Shown here one piece after another: positions 1 through 9,433 of a stretch of 32,000 nucleotides of DNA. The notes beneath the pieces were generated by a model. The model did no database searches, was not told where the DNA came from, and worked only from the letters and a program-made list of their open reading frames with translations. Within the stretch, counting starts at the first letter, position 1. Each line of letters opens with the position of its first letter. The position numbers were made by a program, and so were the translations under genes. Origin of the DNA: Ferroglobus placidus DSM 10642 (GTDB lineage: Archaea > Halobacteriota > Archaeoglobi > Archaeoglobales > Archaeoglobaceae). The DNA lies in contig NC_013849.1 in the NCBI RefSeq assembly GCF_000025505.1, forward strand, positions 1,770,001-1,802,000, read 5' to 3'.

Positions 1-376
1 TCTTAACTTCTTCTCCCTCAAGCGAGTAGATTGCGATGTTTAGGAGGGAGGACGTCGGGACGGTCGTCATTACCGCTAAAGAATAGCATAAAGGCAGAAA
101 GCCGAGAACGTGCGAGATGGGTATTAAGCCCCAGAAAACTCTTTCGAGAACGTGGGACGTTAACAGAACTTTTTTGAGATTGTTGAGCAGAATTCTCCGA
201 ATTTTAAAGAGCACGTAAGCTAAAAGAGTTGCCGCAGCGTAAGCCTGAAGGTTTAGCCAAAGTATGTCGTAGATCGAATATCCTATCGCAGCAAGGAATA
301 CCGGTGCGAGGCTTCTGGTTATGTTCACGTAAAATCCAGCGGCAAGTGACTCAAGAGAGAGCTTGTTCACCGACAT
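1..376 (-). CDS. Major facilitator superfamily-like membrane transporter, N-terminal part (runs off window edge)
   Basis: Manual minus-strand translation from ATG at 376 gives MSVNKLSLESLAAGFYVNITRSLAPVFLAAIGYSIYDILWLNLQAYAAATLLAYVLFKIRRI..., open to the window edge with hydrophobic helices. Confidence 0.5.
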   Translation of the reverse strand, partial: MSVNKLSLESLAAGFYVNITRSLAPVFLAAIGYSIYDILWLNLQAYAAATLLAYVLFKIRRILLNNLKKVLLTSHVLERVFWGLIPISHVLGFLPLCYSLAVMTTVPTSSLLNIAIYSLEGEEVK

Positions 377-463
377 CGTAGTCTCTTCAAATCAGTGGCA
401 TTTTGCTTGTAAACTTTGCGTAGTCTCAAAAGAATTATATCTGGTCAATCAGAAAAAAATATT

Positions 464-1507
464 ATGCACATTTCAAAAGAGCTCGAAAAGAAAATAGCTT
501 TGCCTCCCGCTACACCAGTATTCGTTGGAGAAAAGAAGTCGGAGGAAGTAAAAATCACGGCAGCGATTTACGACGAGAAATCTGCGGAATTCGAGGAGCT
601 AAAAGTTGAAGATCTGGAAAATATACTTAATTACGATAAAAAGCTCTGGATAGACGTTACTGGCATTCACGACGAGGAAGCGATCTCTAAAATCTGCGAT
701 ATTCTCGGAATTCACCCCCTCGCCGCTGAAGACGTTCTCAACACAGCCCAGAGGGTGAAGGTTGAAGACTACGACGATCACCTCTTTATAGTCCTAAAAA
801 TTCTTCTTTACGATGATAACCTCGAAATAGACCAGCTCAGCGTGGTTTTGAAGAAGAACCTTGTTGTGACTTTCAAAGAAAGAGAGTACCAGATTTTCGA
901 TTTGATTCGTTCAAGGCTGAAGAAGGGAGGTAGAATAAGAAAATTCGGCGTCGATTATCTTGCCTACGCAATAATGGATGCGGTTGTCGACAGCTACTTC
1001 GAAGCGCTTCTGAAAATATCGAGTGAGGTTGAGGTTCTGGAAGATGAGGTCGTTTCCGGAAATAGCGCCCTCATCGGGAAAATTCACGGTCTGAAGAGAG
1101 AAATACTCGCTTTCAGAAACGCTGTATGGCCTCTTAGAGACGTTCTCAGCTTCTTTACAAGAGTCGAGCACGATTTAATAGGAGAGGAGGTGAAAGTGTA
1201 TTACAGAGACGTTTACGATCACGCCGTCAGGCTTATGGAAGTCCTCGAAACCCAGAGGGAGCTTGTTGTCGGTCTGAGAGAGCTGCTACTGTCGGTACTG
1301 AGCAACAAGCTGAACGAGATTATGAAGGTTCTGACGATGATCGCAACGATCTTTATTCCTCTCAGCTTCATCGCAAGCGTATACGGCATGAACTTCAAGT
1401 ACATGCCGGAGCTTGAGTGGGAATACGGATATCCCACAGTCCTGATCGTAATGGCTGTCATTGCCTTGGTTGAAGTAGTATTCTTCAAGAAAAAAGGGTG
1501 GATCTGA
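464..1507 (+). CDS. corA: CorA-like Mg2+/Co2+ transporter
   Basis: ORF with C-terminal two-helix region and the YGMNF signature (IPLSFIASVYGMNFKYMPELEWEYGYP). ATG at 464 is preferred over TTG at 416. Confidence 0.93.
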   Translation: MHISKELEKKIALPPATPVFVGEKKSEEVKITAAIYDEKSAEFEELKVEDLENILNYDKKLWIDVTGIHDEEAISKICDILGIHPLAAEDVLNTAQRVKVEDYDDHLFIVLKILLYDDNLEIDQLSVVLKKNLVVTFKEREYQIFDLIRSRLKKGGRIRKFGVDYLAYAIMDAVVDSYFEALLKISSEVEVLEDEVVSGNSALIGKIHGLKREILAFRNAVWPLRDVLSFFTRVEHDLIGEEVKVYYRDVYDHAVRLMEVLETQRELVVGLRELLLSVLSNKLNEIMKVLTMIATIFIPLSFIASVYGMNFKYMPELEWEYGYPTVLIVMAVIALVEVVFFKKKGWI

Positions 1508-2292
1508 TGGTGAGAGTCAGAAAGAAGGACGGAAGACTTGAGGAGTTCGACAGGACGAAGGTTCTGAAAACTTGCTTAAGGAGCGGGGCAAACGTTGAGA
1601 TTGCTGAGAAGGTTTTGAGGGATGTGGAAGAAAGACTTTACGACGGAATAACCACCGACGAAATACTCGAAATCGTGATCGAATCTTTGCTAAAGCACGG
1701 ATACGAAAAAGCCGCTACTTACGACCTCAAGCAATCTTTACTCCGCTTAGGTCCGGCTGGCTTCAACTTCGAAAAGTTCGTGGCGAGAGTTCTTGAAGAA
1801 TGGGGTTACAGCACGGAGACAAACGTGACTATGAAAGGTAGATGCGTGATGCAGGAAGTCGACGTGATCGCGAGGAAAGATGAAGAGGTTTACATGATCG
1901 AGTGCAAGTTCCACAACCAACCGATTTACACGGGGCTTAAGGAAGTGATGTACACCTACGCCCGCTTCCTCGATCTTTCCGATCACTTTACCGCCGCCTG
2001 GGTCTTCACGAACACGAAGTTCTCAGAGGAGGCTAAGCAATATGCTTCTTGCATGGGAATAAAGCTCACCGGATGGAGGTATCCGGAGGGCGAGGGTATA
2101 GAGGAACTACTCGAACGCAAGGGTATGTATCCGATAACCATACTGAAGGTAGATAAGGAAACGATCGAATCAGCCATCAAGGCTGGAATCGTCTTCTGCA
2201 AAGACGTCTTAAACGCTGGGGTGGATAGGCTGAAAAAACTCGGTGTTAAAAACGTTGAAAAGCTCGTTGAAGAGGCGAGGAAGGTTGTATGA
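1507..2292 (+). CDS. ATP-cone domain protein fused to a restriction-endonuclease-like (Mrr/PD-(D/E)xK) domain
   Basis: N-terminal VRVRKKDGRLEEFDRTKVLKTCLRSGA resembles an ATP-cone. Central FEKFVARVLEEWGY...CVMQEVDVIARKDEEVYMIECKFH matches a PD-(D/E)xK core. Overlaps the corA stop. Confidence 0.75.
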   Translation: MVRVRKKDGRLEEFDRTKVLKTCLRSGANVEIAEKVLRDVEERLYDGITTDEILEIVIESLLKHGYEKAATYDLKQSLLRLGPAGFNFEKFVARVLEEWGYSTETNVTMKGRCVMQEVDVIARKDEEVYMIECKFHNQPIYTGLKEVMYTYARFLDLSDHFTAAWVFTNTKFSEEAKQYASCMGIKLTGWRYPEGEGIEELLERKGMYPITILKVDKETIESAIKAGIVFCKDVLNAGVDRLKKLGVKNVEKLVEEARKVV

Positions 2293-3227
2293 GAAAGTTC
2301 GTCGTCAGGGCAAGGAAGGAAGACATGGAGAAGGTTAGGGAATTCCTCGAAAAAGAAAAGCTCCAACACTACGTCTACGAAGACAGGCTGGAGTTCTACG
2401 TTCTCGATTCCCAGACAGAACAGATTGTGCAGAAGATTAAGGAGCTCATCGATTTGAGATTTGCACAGAGCGTTATAGAGGTTTTGAAGCCTGAGTTCGT
2501 AGTTTCGATAAAGGCGAGAGACGAGAAGCCTGAAGAGAGAACTCCCATAGAGGTTTTGATTGAAAGCGTAAAGCGCTTCTCAGAATTCGATCCAGAAATA
2601 GTTATTCTCACAGCTCTTGCAAGTGTTGTCGCCTTCTCAGGCTTGGCTCTCAACAACGCAGTAATCATCATAGGAGCTATGCTCCTATCGCCCTTGCTCG
2701 GCCCAATTCACGGCTTCACGATTTTCCTCTCAGCTGGAAAAATCAGGTTAGCTTTTAGCTGTCTCAGAAATCTCGTTGCCAACCTTTTTGCAGCTATAGC
2801 CGTCTCAGCCCTCATCGCATTATTTTTCTACAATCCAGCCATCTTAAACGATGAGATAGCTTTGAGAATTGTCTCAAATCCCTACTACACGATTATGGCA
2901 ATTGCTTTAGGCTTTGCCTCGCTGCTTTCAATCTCAAAAGGCGTAGCTGAGAGCGTTGCCGGAGTGGCTGTCGCAGCCTCTCTTGTTCCACCAGCTGTTG
3001 TTGCCGGAATGCTATTGTGGAGCTACCCTGTTCTTGCTTCTAAAGCCTTTATTCTGATGCTGGAAAACGTTGTAGGATTGCTTTTTGGAGGGGTAATAGC
3101 GGTGCAGCTCCTTGAAGTGAAGCCAACGAAGTATTACGAGCGGAAAGTTGCAGCTCGATACATTTTCAGAAGCATCTTTGCTCTTATTGCTTTGATAATT
3201 CTCCTGATTTTTCTTTCCGCGATTTAA
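2289..3227 (+). CDS. DUF389 / TIGR00341-type multi-pass membrane protein
   Basis: Soluble N-terminus followed by a GAMLLSPLLGPIHGFTI-type transmembrane core characteristic of DUF389. Start codon overlaps the upstream stop. Confidence 0.8.
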   Translation: MRKFVVRARKEDMEKVREFLEKEKLQHYVYEDRLEFYVLDSQTEQIVQKIKELIDLRFAQSVIEVLKPEFVVSIKARDEKPEERTPIEVLIESVKRFSEFDPEIVILTALASVVAFSGLALNNAVIIIGAMLLSPLLGPIHGFTIFLSAGKIRLAFSCLRNLVANLFAAIAVSALIALFFYNPAILNDEIALRIVSNPYYTIMAIALGFASLLSISKGVAESVAGVAVAASLVPPAVVAGMLLWSYPVLASKAFILMLENVVGLLFGGVIAVQLLEVKPTKYYERKVAARYIFRSIFALIALIILLIFLSAI

Positions 3228-3323
3228 TCATTCTGAGTTCTGCTTTTCATCCCTTTTCAGTTTTCATTCCTTAAGCTTTCTTGCGTAAGAAATTGTTTAT
3301 TAAACAACATACAACCAAAGAGC

Positions 3324-3560
3324 ATGTCGGTGAGGGGCGAAGTCCTCGACAAACTTTCCACTTTGGCGAACTCTGCATTTGGTTTGGTTGCTGCTTTGGC
3401 GTGGAACGATGCTGTAAAAGCGTTATTTAAGCACGTTTTCGGCACACCAGATAATCTCCCCGTAATGTTCGCTTACGCATTTTTTGTGACAGTTTTGGCA
3501 GTTATATTTTCAATATGGATCGGAAGGGCTGTTGCAAAGGCTAAGGAGCTCGTCAAGTGA
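3324..3560 (+). CDS. Small two-helix membrane protein (DUF5654-like)
   Basis: 78-aa ORF, MSVRGEVLDKLSTLANSAFGLVAALAWNDAVKALF..., with two hydrophobic segments. Confidence 0.6.
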   Translation: MSVRGEVLDKLSTLANSAFGLVAALAWNDAVKALFKHVFGTPDNLPVMFAYAFFVTVLAVIFSIWIGRAVAKAKELVK

Positions 3561-3672
3561 TTGTGACAACTGATTTGAATAATTTAATAATTTTTTATAT
3601 ATTATTTCATGGGCTCATACCTGTCTGCTTCTTTGTTCTGGAGCTCAGTAATCGCATGAGTGAAATACAGGC

Positions 3673-5103
3673 TTACCCAAGAAAACCCCTCAAAATTCCT
3701 GCCTCGGCGACCCTCTCTTTTAAGTCCAAACCTTTACCGAGCGTGTTTATGATTTCGTTAGTAACTTTTTCGTGCTCCTCGTCAACTTCGATTTCAAACA
3801 GCTCTTTAGCCCTTTCCACATCCTTTTCAAGCTTCGAATTCAGCACTTTCAAAGAATTCGGATTGAAATATTTCAATGCTTCTCTCATCATATTTTCAAA
3901 GCCTCTAAAAACTTCCGTAACTACTTCGTAATCTTTATCGCTGAGTTCAGCTATCCCGAGCAACTCCGGCGGAAAACCTATGGAGTAAAGAGCCGCGCAG
4001 AACGTAATCGCCCTCGGAAGTTTAACTCCTTCCCCTCTCGAGTAACCGAAGAGACCGATGTGAAGCTTTCTCATTCTTCTCCTCGGAATGTTTTTCGAGA
4101 AAGAGTTTACGAAGTTAGCTATGAGCGGAATTCTCATTCTGTAAGCTTCTGTTAGTTTTTCAGCCACTTTTAAATGCTCCTCGTCGATTACCTCGGCTTT
4201 TCCTCTCCTCTTTTCCTTTATCCTCTCTACGGCTTTTCTAACTTCAGAAAATTCGTAATCGTACTTAAAAGCTGATTGTACTGTGAATGTCTCTACTGAA
4301 GGAAATTCATCCACTGGCTGTAGATTCTTTGGTGAAAGTCCTCCCCTGAAAGGACAAGAGCCTACGCCGAGTATCGGATAAACTTCGGCGTTAACGTCTT
4401 CCAAGCGCATGAGAGCGTATTTTACGTAGATCGTCGCGGAAACGAAACCGTAGTTTAAAGCCGGATCGGATCTCGCTAAAAACACTCGGATGTTTTCGCT
4501 ACCAGTCTCTTCAACGATCTTGCTAACGATTTTTTCAGCGTTCAGTAGCGAATTTTTGTCTTCTAAGAGAGGTATAACTTTAATTTCTTCCGGCTTAAAC
4601 TCACCGAGCCATTCGGATATCTTCGTTCCGTCTCTCAAACTCAGCTTTCCCTTTCCAGCAACGAAGTCCTTGTAAAAGTAGTAGATTCTCAGAACTTCTT
4701 CGTGAGTTCTCGTCATCGGCAAGATAACTTCGAAAATCGGCTCATGATCGATGTCGAAGGATTTCACGTAGTCGTAGCTTCTCGGAATCATCTCCAGAAT
4801 TTCCGATAAAAGCTTCGCCTCTTCTTTTTCAACGCTCGGGTTTGGGATTCTCGGAGTTAACCTGAAGCACTTTCCGAGAGGTTTCTTTTTGAAAAAGTCT
4901 GGATAATTCGAGAGGAGCTTTCTAACGACGAAGTCGTCAACCTCTTTTCCCTCAAAATCCCACATCTGTTCATCGCAGCCGAAGTGAGAGAAGACGTAAT
5001 ACGCCTCCTTTACTTCATCCTCTCCGTTTAAGTACTCTCCTCTGGCAAAGAAAGGCACGTTTGCATTATCTGGGTGCTGCGTGCTCATTACCCTCGGAAC
5101 CAT
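3673..5103 (-). CDS. ppcA: Phosphoenolpyruvate carboxylase, archaeal type
   Basis: 476 aa beginning [56 protein letters not shown], typical of archaeal-type PEPC. Confidence 0.94.
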   Translation of the reverse strand: MVPRVMSTQHPDNANVPFFARGEYLNGEDEVKEAYYVFSHFGCDEQMWDFEGKEVDDFVVRKLLSNYPDFFKKKPLGKCFRLTPRIPNPSVEKEEAKLLSEILEMIPRSYDYVKSFDIDHEPIFEVILPMTRTHEEVLRIYYFYKDFVAGKGKLSLRDGTKISEWLGEFKPEEIKVIPLLEDKNSLLNAEKIVSKIVEETGSENIRVFLARSDPALNYGFVSATIYVKYALMRLEDVNAEVYPILGVGSCPFRGGLSPKNLQPVDEFPSVETFTVQSAFKYDYEFSEVRKAVERIKEKRRGKAEVIDEEHLKVAEKLTEAYRMRIPLIANFVNSFSKNIPRRRMRKLHIGLFGYSRGEGVKLPRAITFCAALYSIGFPPELLGIAELSDKDYEVVTEVFRGFENMMREALKYFNPNSLKVLNSKLEKDVERAKELFEIEVDEEHEKVTNEIINTLGKGLDLKERVAEAGILRGFLG

Positions 5104-5178
5104 CCATACAAACGCATACGTATTGATATAAATGCTTTGTGGGGAAACGATTTAAGCTCGGAGAGAAGAAAAAGCTGG

Positions 5179-6270
5179 GTGAAAGTATGCGTTGTGGGAG
5201 GTAGAGTAGCTGGAAGTTTGACCGCTTTAAATCTCGGGGAAAGAGATGCAGAGGTCGTTGTGTTTGAAGAGCACAGGGATTCTGGGTTTCCAGTCAGTTG
5301 CGCCGGCTTGATAAGCGAGGATTGCTACGAAAGACTGAGAAATTTCGGAGTTAACGCCAAGCAGAACGAGATAAAAGGAGCTTTCTTCTTTTCTCCTAGT
5401 GGAAAATACGTCGAAGCAATTGGAAAGAGTAGAGGAGTTGTCGTTGAGAGGAAACTAATGGATTCCCAGCTTTTAAGAAGAGCTTCAAAGGTTGCTGAGG
5501 TGAGGATGAGTTCAAAGGTAGTTGGAGTTGAGAGAGGAGAAGTGACGTTTATCGTTAATGGAAGAGAAAAGAAAGAGAGTTTCGACGTGCTCGTAGGAGC
5601 TGACGGAGTTAACAGCGTCGTCGCTAAGAGTTTTGGATTTAAAAGACCGAAAATTTTCTTGGCTGTTCAAATTCTTTCCGAGTTTGAGGCGATTGACGAA
5701 AAATTCGTTGAGCTTTACTTTGGAAGAAGGTATTCCGAGGGGTTTTTCGCCTACGCTGTTCCCATCGAAGAGGACTTGGCAAAAATCGGCGTGGTTTCGA
5801 AGACGAATCCTATGGTGTATTTGCAAAGGCTCATCAACGAGCATCCGTCGGTTTCCGAAAGGATCGGGAAGGGATTTTTGGAGCTGAACGTGGGAGCGAT
5901 ACCAATAGGTCTTGTGGATTTTGTTAGGGAAAATGTGGCTTTAATCGGTGATTCGGCTGGAATGGTAAAGCCATATACTGGGGGAGGAATTTACTACACG
6001 CTAATAGGGGCAGAGGTTCTCGGAAAGACTTTTCCAAACCTGAAAGCTTTCGAGAAAGCGTACAAAAAAAGGATGTGGAAAGAGTACTATTTCGGAGAGA
6101 AGATCAGAAAGCTGTACGAAACGCTGAAGGATGAAGATTACGAGGAGCTCGTCAAAATAGCTTCCGATTTAAGCTTCGAGGATTTGCACATGGACAAGCC
6201 GAGCTCTATCCTGAAATTTTTGATTAAAAATCCGAAAATATTGAAAGTGGTTAGATTCTTCTTCCCCTAA
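5179..6270 (+). CDS. FAD-dependent oxidoreductase, geranylgeranyl-reductase-like family
   Basis: Rossmann motif VKVCVVGGRVAGSLTALNLGERDAEVVVFEEH, PVSCAGLIS, GADGVNSVVAKSFG and GDSAGMVKPYTGGGIYY. GTG at 5179 is the likely start; the ORF-track start at 5074 is too early. Confidence 0.82.
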   Translation: MKVCVVGGRVAGSLTALNLGERDAEVVVFEEHRDSGFPVSCAGLISEDCYERLRNFGVNAKQNEIKGAFFFSPSGKYVEAIGKSRGVVVERKLMDSQLLRRASKVAEVRMSSKVVGVERGEVTFIVNGREKKESFDVLVGADGVNSVVAKSFGFKRPKIFLAVQILSEFEAIDEKFVELYFGRRYSEGFFAYAVPIEEDLAKIGVVSKTNPMVYLQRLINEHPSVSERIGKGFLELNVGAIPIGLVDFVRENVALIGDSAGMVKPYTGGGIYYTLIGAEVLGKTFPNLKAFEKAYKKRMWKEYYFGEKIRKLYETLKDEDYEELVKIASDLSFEDLHMDKPSSILKFLIKNPKILKVVRFFFP

Positions 6271-6910
6271 CTCTGTCTATGTCGAATTGAGCTCTTTCGG
6301 ATATGTGCATCACCGCAAGAGTTCCCGCCATAACTGGATCGCTCACGACGAGGTCGCTTACTTTTGGCACGTCTCCGAACATGTTGAGGCTTATCACTCT
6401 TATTCCAGCCTTTCTTAGTTTCTTAACTTCCTCCGCTATCTTACCCCCCATGATTCCTCCAGCCAACACTAAGATTTCCGCTCTGTGAAGTCTCGAAACA
6501 GCCTTCACGGCTTCGGCAAGCTCTTCTTCTCCTACTAACGGCATTGTGTCAACGCTGATCCTTTCTCCCCTTAAGTTGTGTCTGTCCGCTTCAGTTATAG
6601 CTCCGAGAGCCACCTGCGAAACAAGTGCTCCACCGCCGAAGATTATGACCCTCTTCCCGAAAACTTTCTCGAAGGGTTTTTCCTCCTCAACTTCTATGAC
6701 CGTCGGCAATTCTTTTATCTTTTCCACGATTTTTTCAAATTCTCCTCCATCGATTTCGAAGTAGATCAGAGCGTTACCTCTGTATTCTCCGTGCTTTATT
6801 ATGAACGTCTGAGCGTAGGTTATGTTTCCGTTGTGCTCGGCGATTATAGTGGTCAAATCTCTTAAAACTCCTATCTGGTTCTTCGCTATTATCCTTAACC
6901 CCCTGATCAT
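6251..6910 (-). CDS. ACT-domain / DUF5612 family protein
   Basis: N-terminal ACT-like MIRGLRIIAKNQIGVLRDLTTIIAEHNGNITYAQTF with a C-terminal Rossmann-like domain. Overlaps the convergent upstream gene by 20 bp. Confidence 0.7.
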   Translation of the reverse strand: MIRGLRIIAKNQIGVLRDLTTIIAEHNGNITYAQTFIIKHGEYRGNALIYFEIDGGEFEKIVEKIKELPTVIEVEEEKPFEKVFGKRVIIFGGGALVSQVALGAITEADRHNLRGERISVDTMPLVGEEELAEAVKAVSRLHRAEILVLAGGIMGGKIAEEVKKLRKAGIRVISLNMFGDVPKVSDLVVSDPVMAGTLAVMHISERAQFDIDRVRGRRI

Positions 6911-7143
6911 CAGAACTTCGCTCCCGTGAGGGTTTTTGTTTCGAGAACTCCGTCGATCGACCTTATCTTTTTCACAACCACGTCGCTTAAATGCTCGAAG
7001 TCCCTGACGACTATTTTTGCTATAAGGTCGTACTCCCCGAAGAGCGGGTAGAGTTCCTCCACTTCCTCTATCTGCGCTATTTTTTCGTAGACTTCTCTTT
7101 CCTTTCTCGGAGACACTTTTATCAAAACGAAACCCAGTGCCAT
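6910..7143 (-). CDS. Stand-alone Lrp/AsnC ligand-binding (RAM) domain protein
   Basis: 77 aa, MALGFVLIKVSPRKEREVYEKIAQIEEVEELYPLFGEYDLIAKIVVRDFEHLSDVV; no helix-turn-helix. Confidence 0.82.
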   Translation of the reverse strand: MALGFVLIKVSPRKEREVYEKIAQIEEVEELYPLFGEYDLIAKIVVRDFEHLSDVVVKKIRSIDGVLETKTLTGAKF

Positions 7144-7242
7144 AGCCGAAATTAGTCCCTACTCCTTTAAAAACTTTTTAGGTGTTCACTTCCTACTTCC
7201 CATTACTACAGTACTGGAAATTTTGCTTTTGAAATATAAATA

Positions 7243-7314
7243 TGCCCCGGCCGGGACTTGAACCCGGGTCCGGGAGTCCGCAGCCCCCGAGGATATCCGC
7301 TACCCCACCGGGGC
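7243..7314 (-). tRNA. tRNA-Arg (anticodon GCG)
   Basis: Minus strand GCCCCGGTGGGGTAGCGGATATCCTCGGGGGCTGCGGACTCCCGGACCCGGGTTCAAGTCCCGGCCGGGGCA. 7-bp acceptor stem, D-stem GGGT/ATCC, anticodon loop CTGCGGA, T-arm CCGGG-TTCAAGT-CCCGG, A20-like base in the D-loop. Confidence 0.9.
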
Positions 7315-7339
7315 TTTTGAGAACAAACTTGGCTCGCTG

Positions 7340-7348
7340 TAAATATGT
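7340..7348 (-). promoter_or_regulatory. TATA-like element upstream of tRNA-Arg
   Basis: Minus strand CATATTTACA lies about 25 nt upstream of the tRNA 5' end. Confidence 0.45.
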
Positions 7349-7497
7349 GTTTTTCCCTTCACATTCAAAACTTATGGAAAGCTGTGTGAAAAACGTTCAA
7401 TTTAAAACTTAAATTATTTTTCACAAATTATAATTAAATAATTAATTTTGTTAATCTTATTATTTCTATCCTTTTGAGCTATCCTTACTTTTGAAGC

Positions 7498-7507
7498 TAT
7501 TTATAAT
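7498..7507 (+). promoter_or_regulatory. TATA-like element upstream of the cytochrome operon
   Basis: tatttataat lies about 60 nt upstream of ATG 7566, in an AT-rich leader. Confidence 0.4.
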
Positions 7508-7565
7508 CCTTCGATAACAAAAGACACACACGAAAAATCATTGAAAAATTGGAGGTGCAGAATAA

Positions 7566-8446
7566 ATGGTTAAACGATCGTTTAAGGTTTCATCAGCAGC
7601 GACAATGATACTCATATTAACATTTCTATTTGTAATTTTACATCTCGCTACAGCAACTCCAGAATTCGGTGCGAAAGAAAGCAGAAATTGCGATTTTTGC
7701 CACGTAGAAGGGGACTACTCTCAGCTTAACGAGAGGGGAATTTACTATCTTCGGCACAACTACTCCTTTGAAGGGTACGTTGAGAAAGAGGAAGAGCTGA
7801 ACGGTGGGGAAGGATTGTATAAAAAGTACTGTAGAGGCTGCCACGGTGAAGTTCCAGAGGAATTTAGGTATAAAGATTTGAATGAGGCTGTCATTGAAGC
7901 GATAAAAAGCGGGAGAATGCCACCTTGGGGTATTGATGAGGAACTAAGCGAGGAGGAAATTAAAGAACTCGCATCCTATATTGGCAACTGGTGCAACTTA
8001 TGCCATAAACGGATTGAGACAAATCCTACTCCGAGAGAACTTGTTAATGCTCCTCCAAATCACAGATTCAAGCTTGAACACGGCAACTTCTGGTGCTTCG
8101 CCTGCCACAATCCTGAAAATAGAGATACATTCCTTCTTGTTAATGGTTCAGCTATACCTTTCAGCAAATCTCCAGAGCTGTGTAGGCAGTGCCATGCTGT
8201 GATATACAAAGACTGGAAAATGCCATCCACGGTAGATGGGTGGGCAACATATCAAACCCAACTCCCGATGTCATCTGCACAGACTGCCACGATCCTCACG
8301 ACATTAATCCAGCATTTAAACCGATCACTCCTGAAAAACCCCCAGAAAAACCACCCTCGCCTCCTATTCCTTTAACTTTCCAATACTTCGCAACAGCCAT
8401 TATGGCGTTTAGTTTGGTTTTGATGCTATACTCTGCCAGAAAATGA
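7566..8446 (+). pseudogene. Multiheme c-type cytochrome (6 CXXCH) split by an apparent -1 frameshift at about 8217-8220
   Basis: Frame 1 encodes a signal anchor and five CXXCH motifs (CDFCH, CRGCH, CNLCH, CFACH, CRQCH). The overlapping frame from 8189 carries a sixth (CTDCH) plus a C-terminal TM segment and ends at 8446. Joining ...YKDWK to NAIHGRWVG restores one reading frame. Labelled pseudogene provisionally; it could be an assembly error or recoding. Confidence 0.7.
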
Positions 8447-8457
8447 GAGGTGATTTC

Positions 8458-9420
8458 ATGAAAAGGAGGGATTTTATCAAGAAGGTTGTTATGACTTCTG
8501 CAATAGCTCCTGTAGCTTCCCTCAGAATATCGTTCCTGAACGTTTCAATTGAAGAGCTAACTCAAAAGCATTTCAAAGAGATGAGCGAAGAGGAAAAGAA
8601 AGCGGTTATAGAAAGACTCGAAAGAGAGTACAAAGAAAGGTATGGCGTTGATGTGAACATAAAAACCACCCCAGCAAAAGAAGGCGTGGTTTGGGGTTAC
8701 GCTTTAAACATAAAAAGGTGTATAGGCTGCAGACGTTGCGTTTACGCTTGCGTTAAGGAGAACAATCAGTCCAGAGCTTCTCCCGACGATCCTACGAGCA
8801 ACGAAATCCACTGGATACGTGTGTTGGAGGTGGCACAGGAGAAACTTGAGCCGGGGACTGAAGAGCAGGGAATTGGTACGAAGTTCGGGGATGTTGTTGC
8901 GGGTGTCGTTTTAGAGGAGAGCGAACACTACTATGATCCCGAAAAAGTCCCAGAAGACGGGAAGATGTACATCCCCATTCAATGTCAGCAATGCGAAAAG
9001 CCGCCGTGCGTTAAAGTTTGCCCAACAAGAGCCACTTGGAAAGAGCCCGACGGGATAATCGTCATAGACTACAACTGGTGCATAGGTTGCAGATACTGCA
9101 TGGCAGCCTGCCCTTATTGGGCGAGGAGATTCAACTGGAGCTGGCCGTACATTCCAAAAGAAGAGATTAATCCGAATCAGCATTATCTGGGCAATCGAAT
9201 AAGGTATAGAGGTGTGGTGGAGAAGTGTACTTTCTGCATTCAGCGAACGAGGGAGGGAAGATATCCCGCATGCGTAGAAGCATGTCCGGTTGGAGCGAGA
9301 AAGTTTGGAAATCTTCTCGATCCAAATAGCGAGATAAGGAAAATAATCAGAGAAAAAAAGGTGTTCAGGCTGAAAGAGGAGCTTGGCACGGAGCCGAAGT
9401 TCTTCTATTTTATGGACTGA
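8458..9420 (+). CDS. TAT-exported 4x[4Fe-4S] ferredoxin-type iron-sulfur subunit (NrfC/DmsB/HybA-like)
   Basis: N-terminal MKRRDFIKK TAT-like signal; cysteine motifs CIGCRRCVYAC, CQQCEKPPCVKVCP, CIGCRYCMAACP and CTFCIQRTREGRYPACVEACP. Confidence 0.9.
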   Translation: MKRRDFIKKVVMTSAIAPVASLRISFLNVSIEELTQKHFKEMSEEEKKAVIERLEREYKERYGVDVNIKTTPAKEGVVWGYALNIKRCIGCRRCVYACVKENNQSRASPDDPTSNEIHWIRVLEVAQEKLEPGTEEQGIGTKFGDVVAGVVLEESEHYYDPEKVPEDGKMYIPIQCQQCEKPPCVKVCPTRATWKEPDGIIVIDYNWCIGCRYCMAACPYWARRFNWSWPYIPKEEINPNQHYLGNRIRYRGVVEKCTFCIQRTREGRYPACVEACPVGARKFGNLLDPNSEIRKIIREKKVFRLKEELGTEPKFFYFMD

Positions 9421-9433
9421 TGAGGTGGAGAGA

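Noticed and set aside
5074-5178. N-terminal extension of the flavoprotein as given by the ORF track
   Set aside because: The extension overlaps the divergent ppcA 5' end and precedes the Rossmann motif. GTG 5179 gives a canonical start.
7243-7314. tRNA-Arg as integration site for the island
   Set aside because: I saw no duplicated tRNA 3' end and no integrase. The apparent island begins about 2.7 kb away at an IS remnant.
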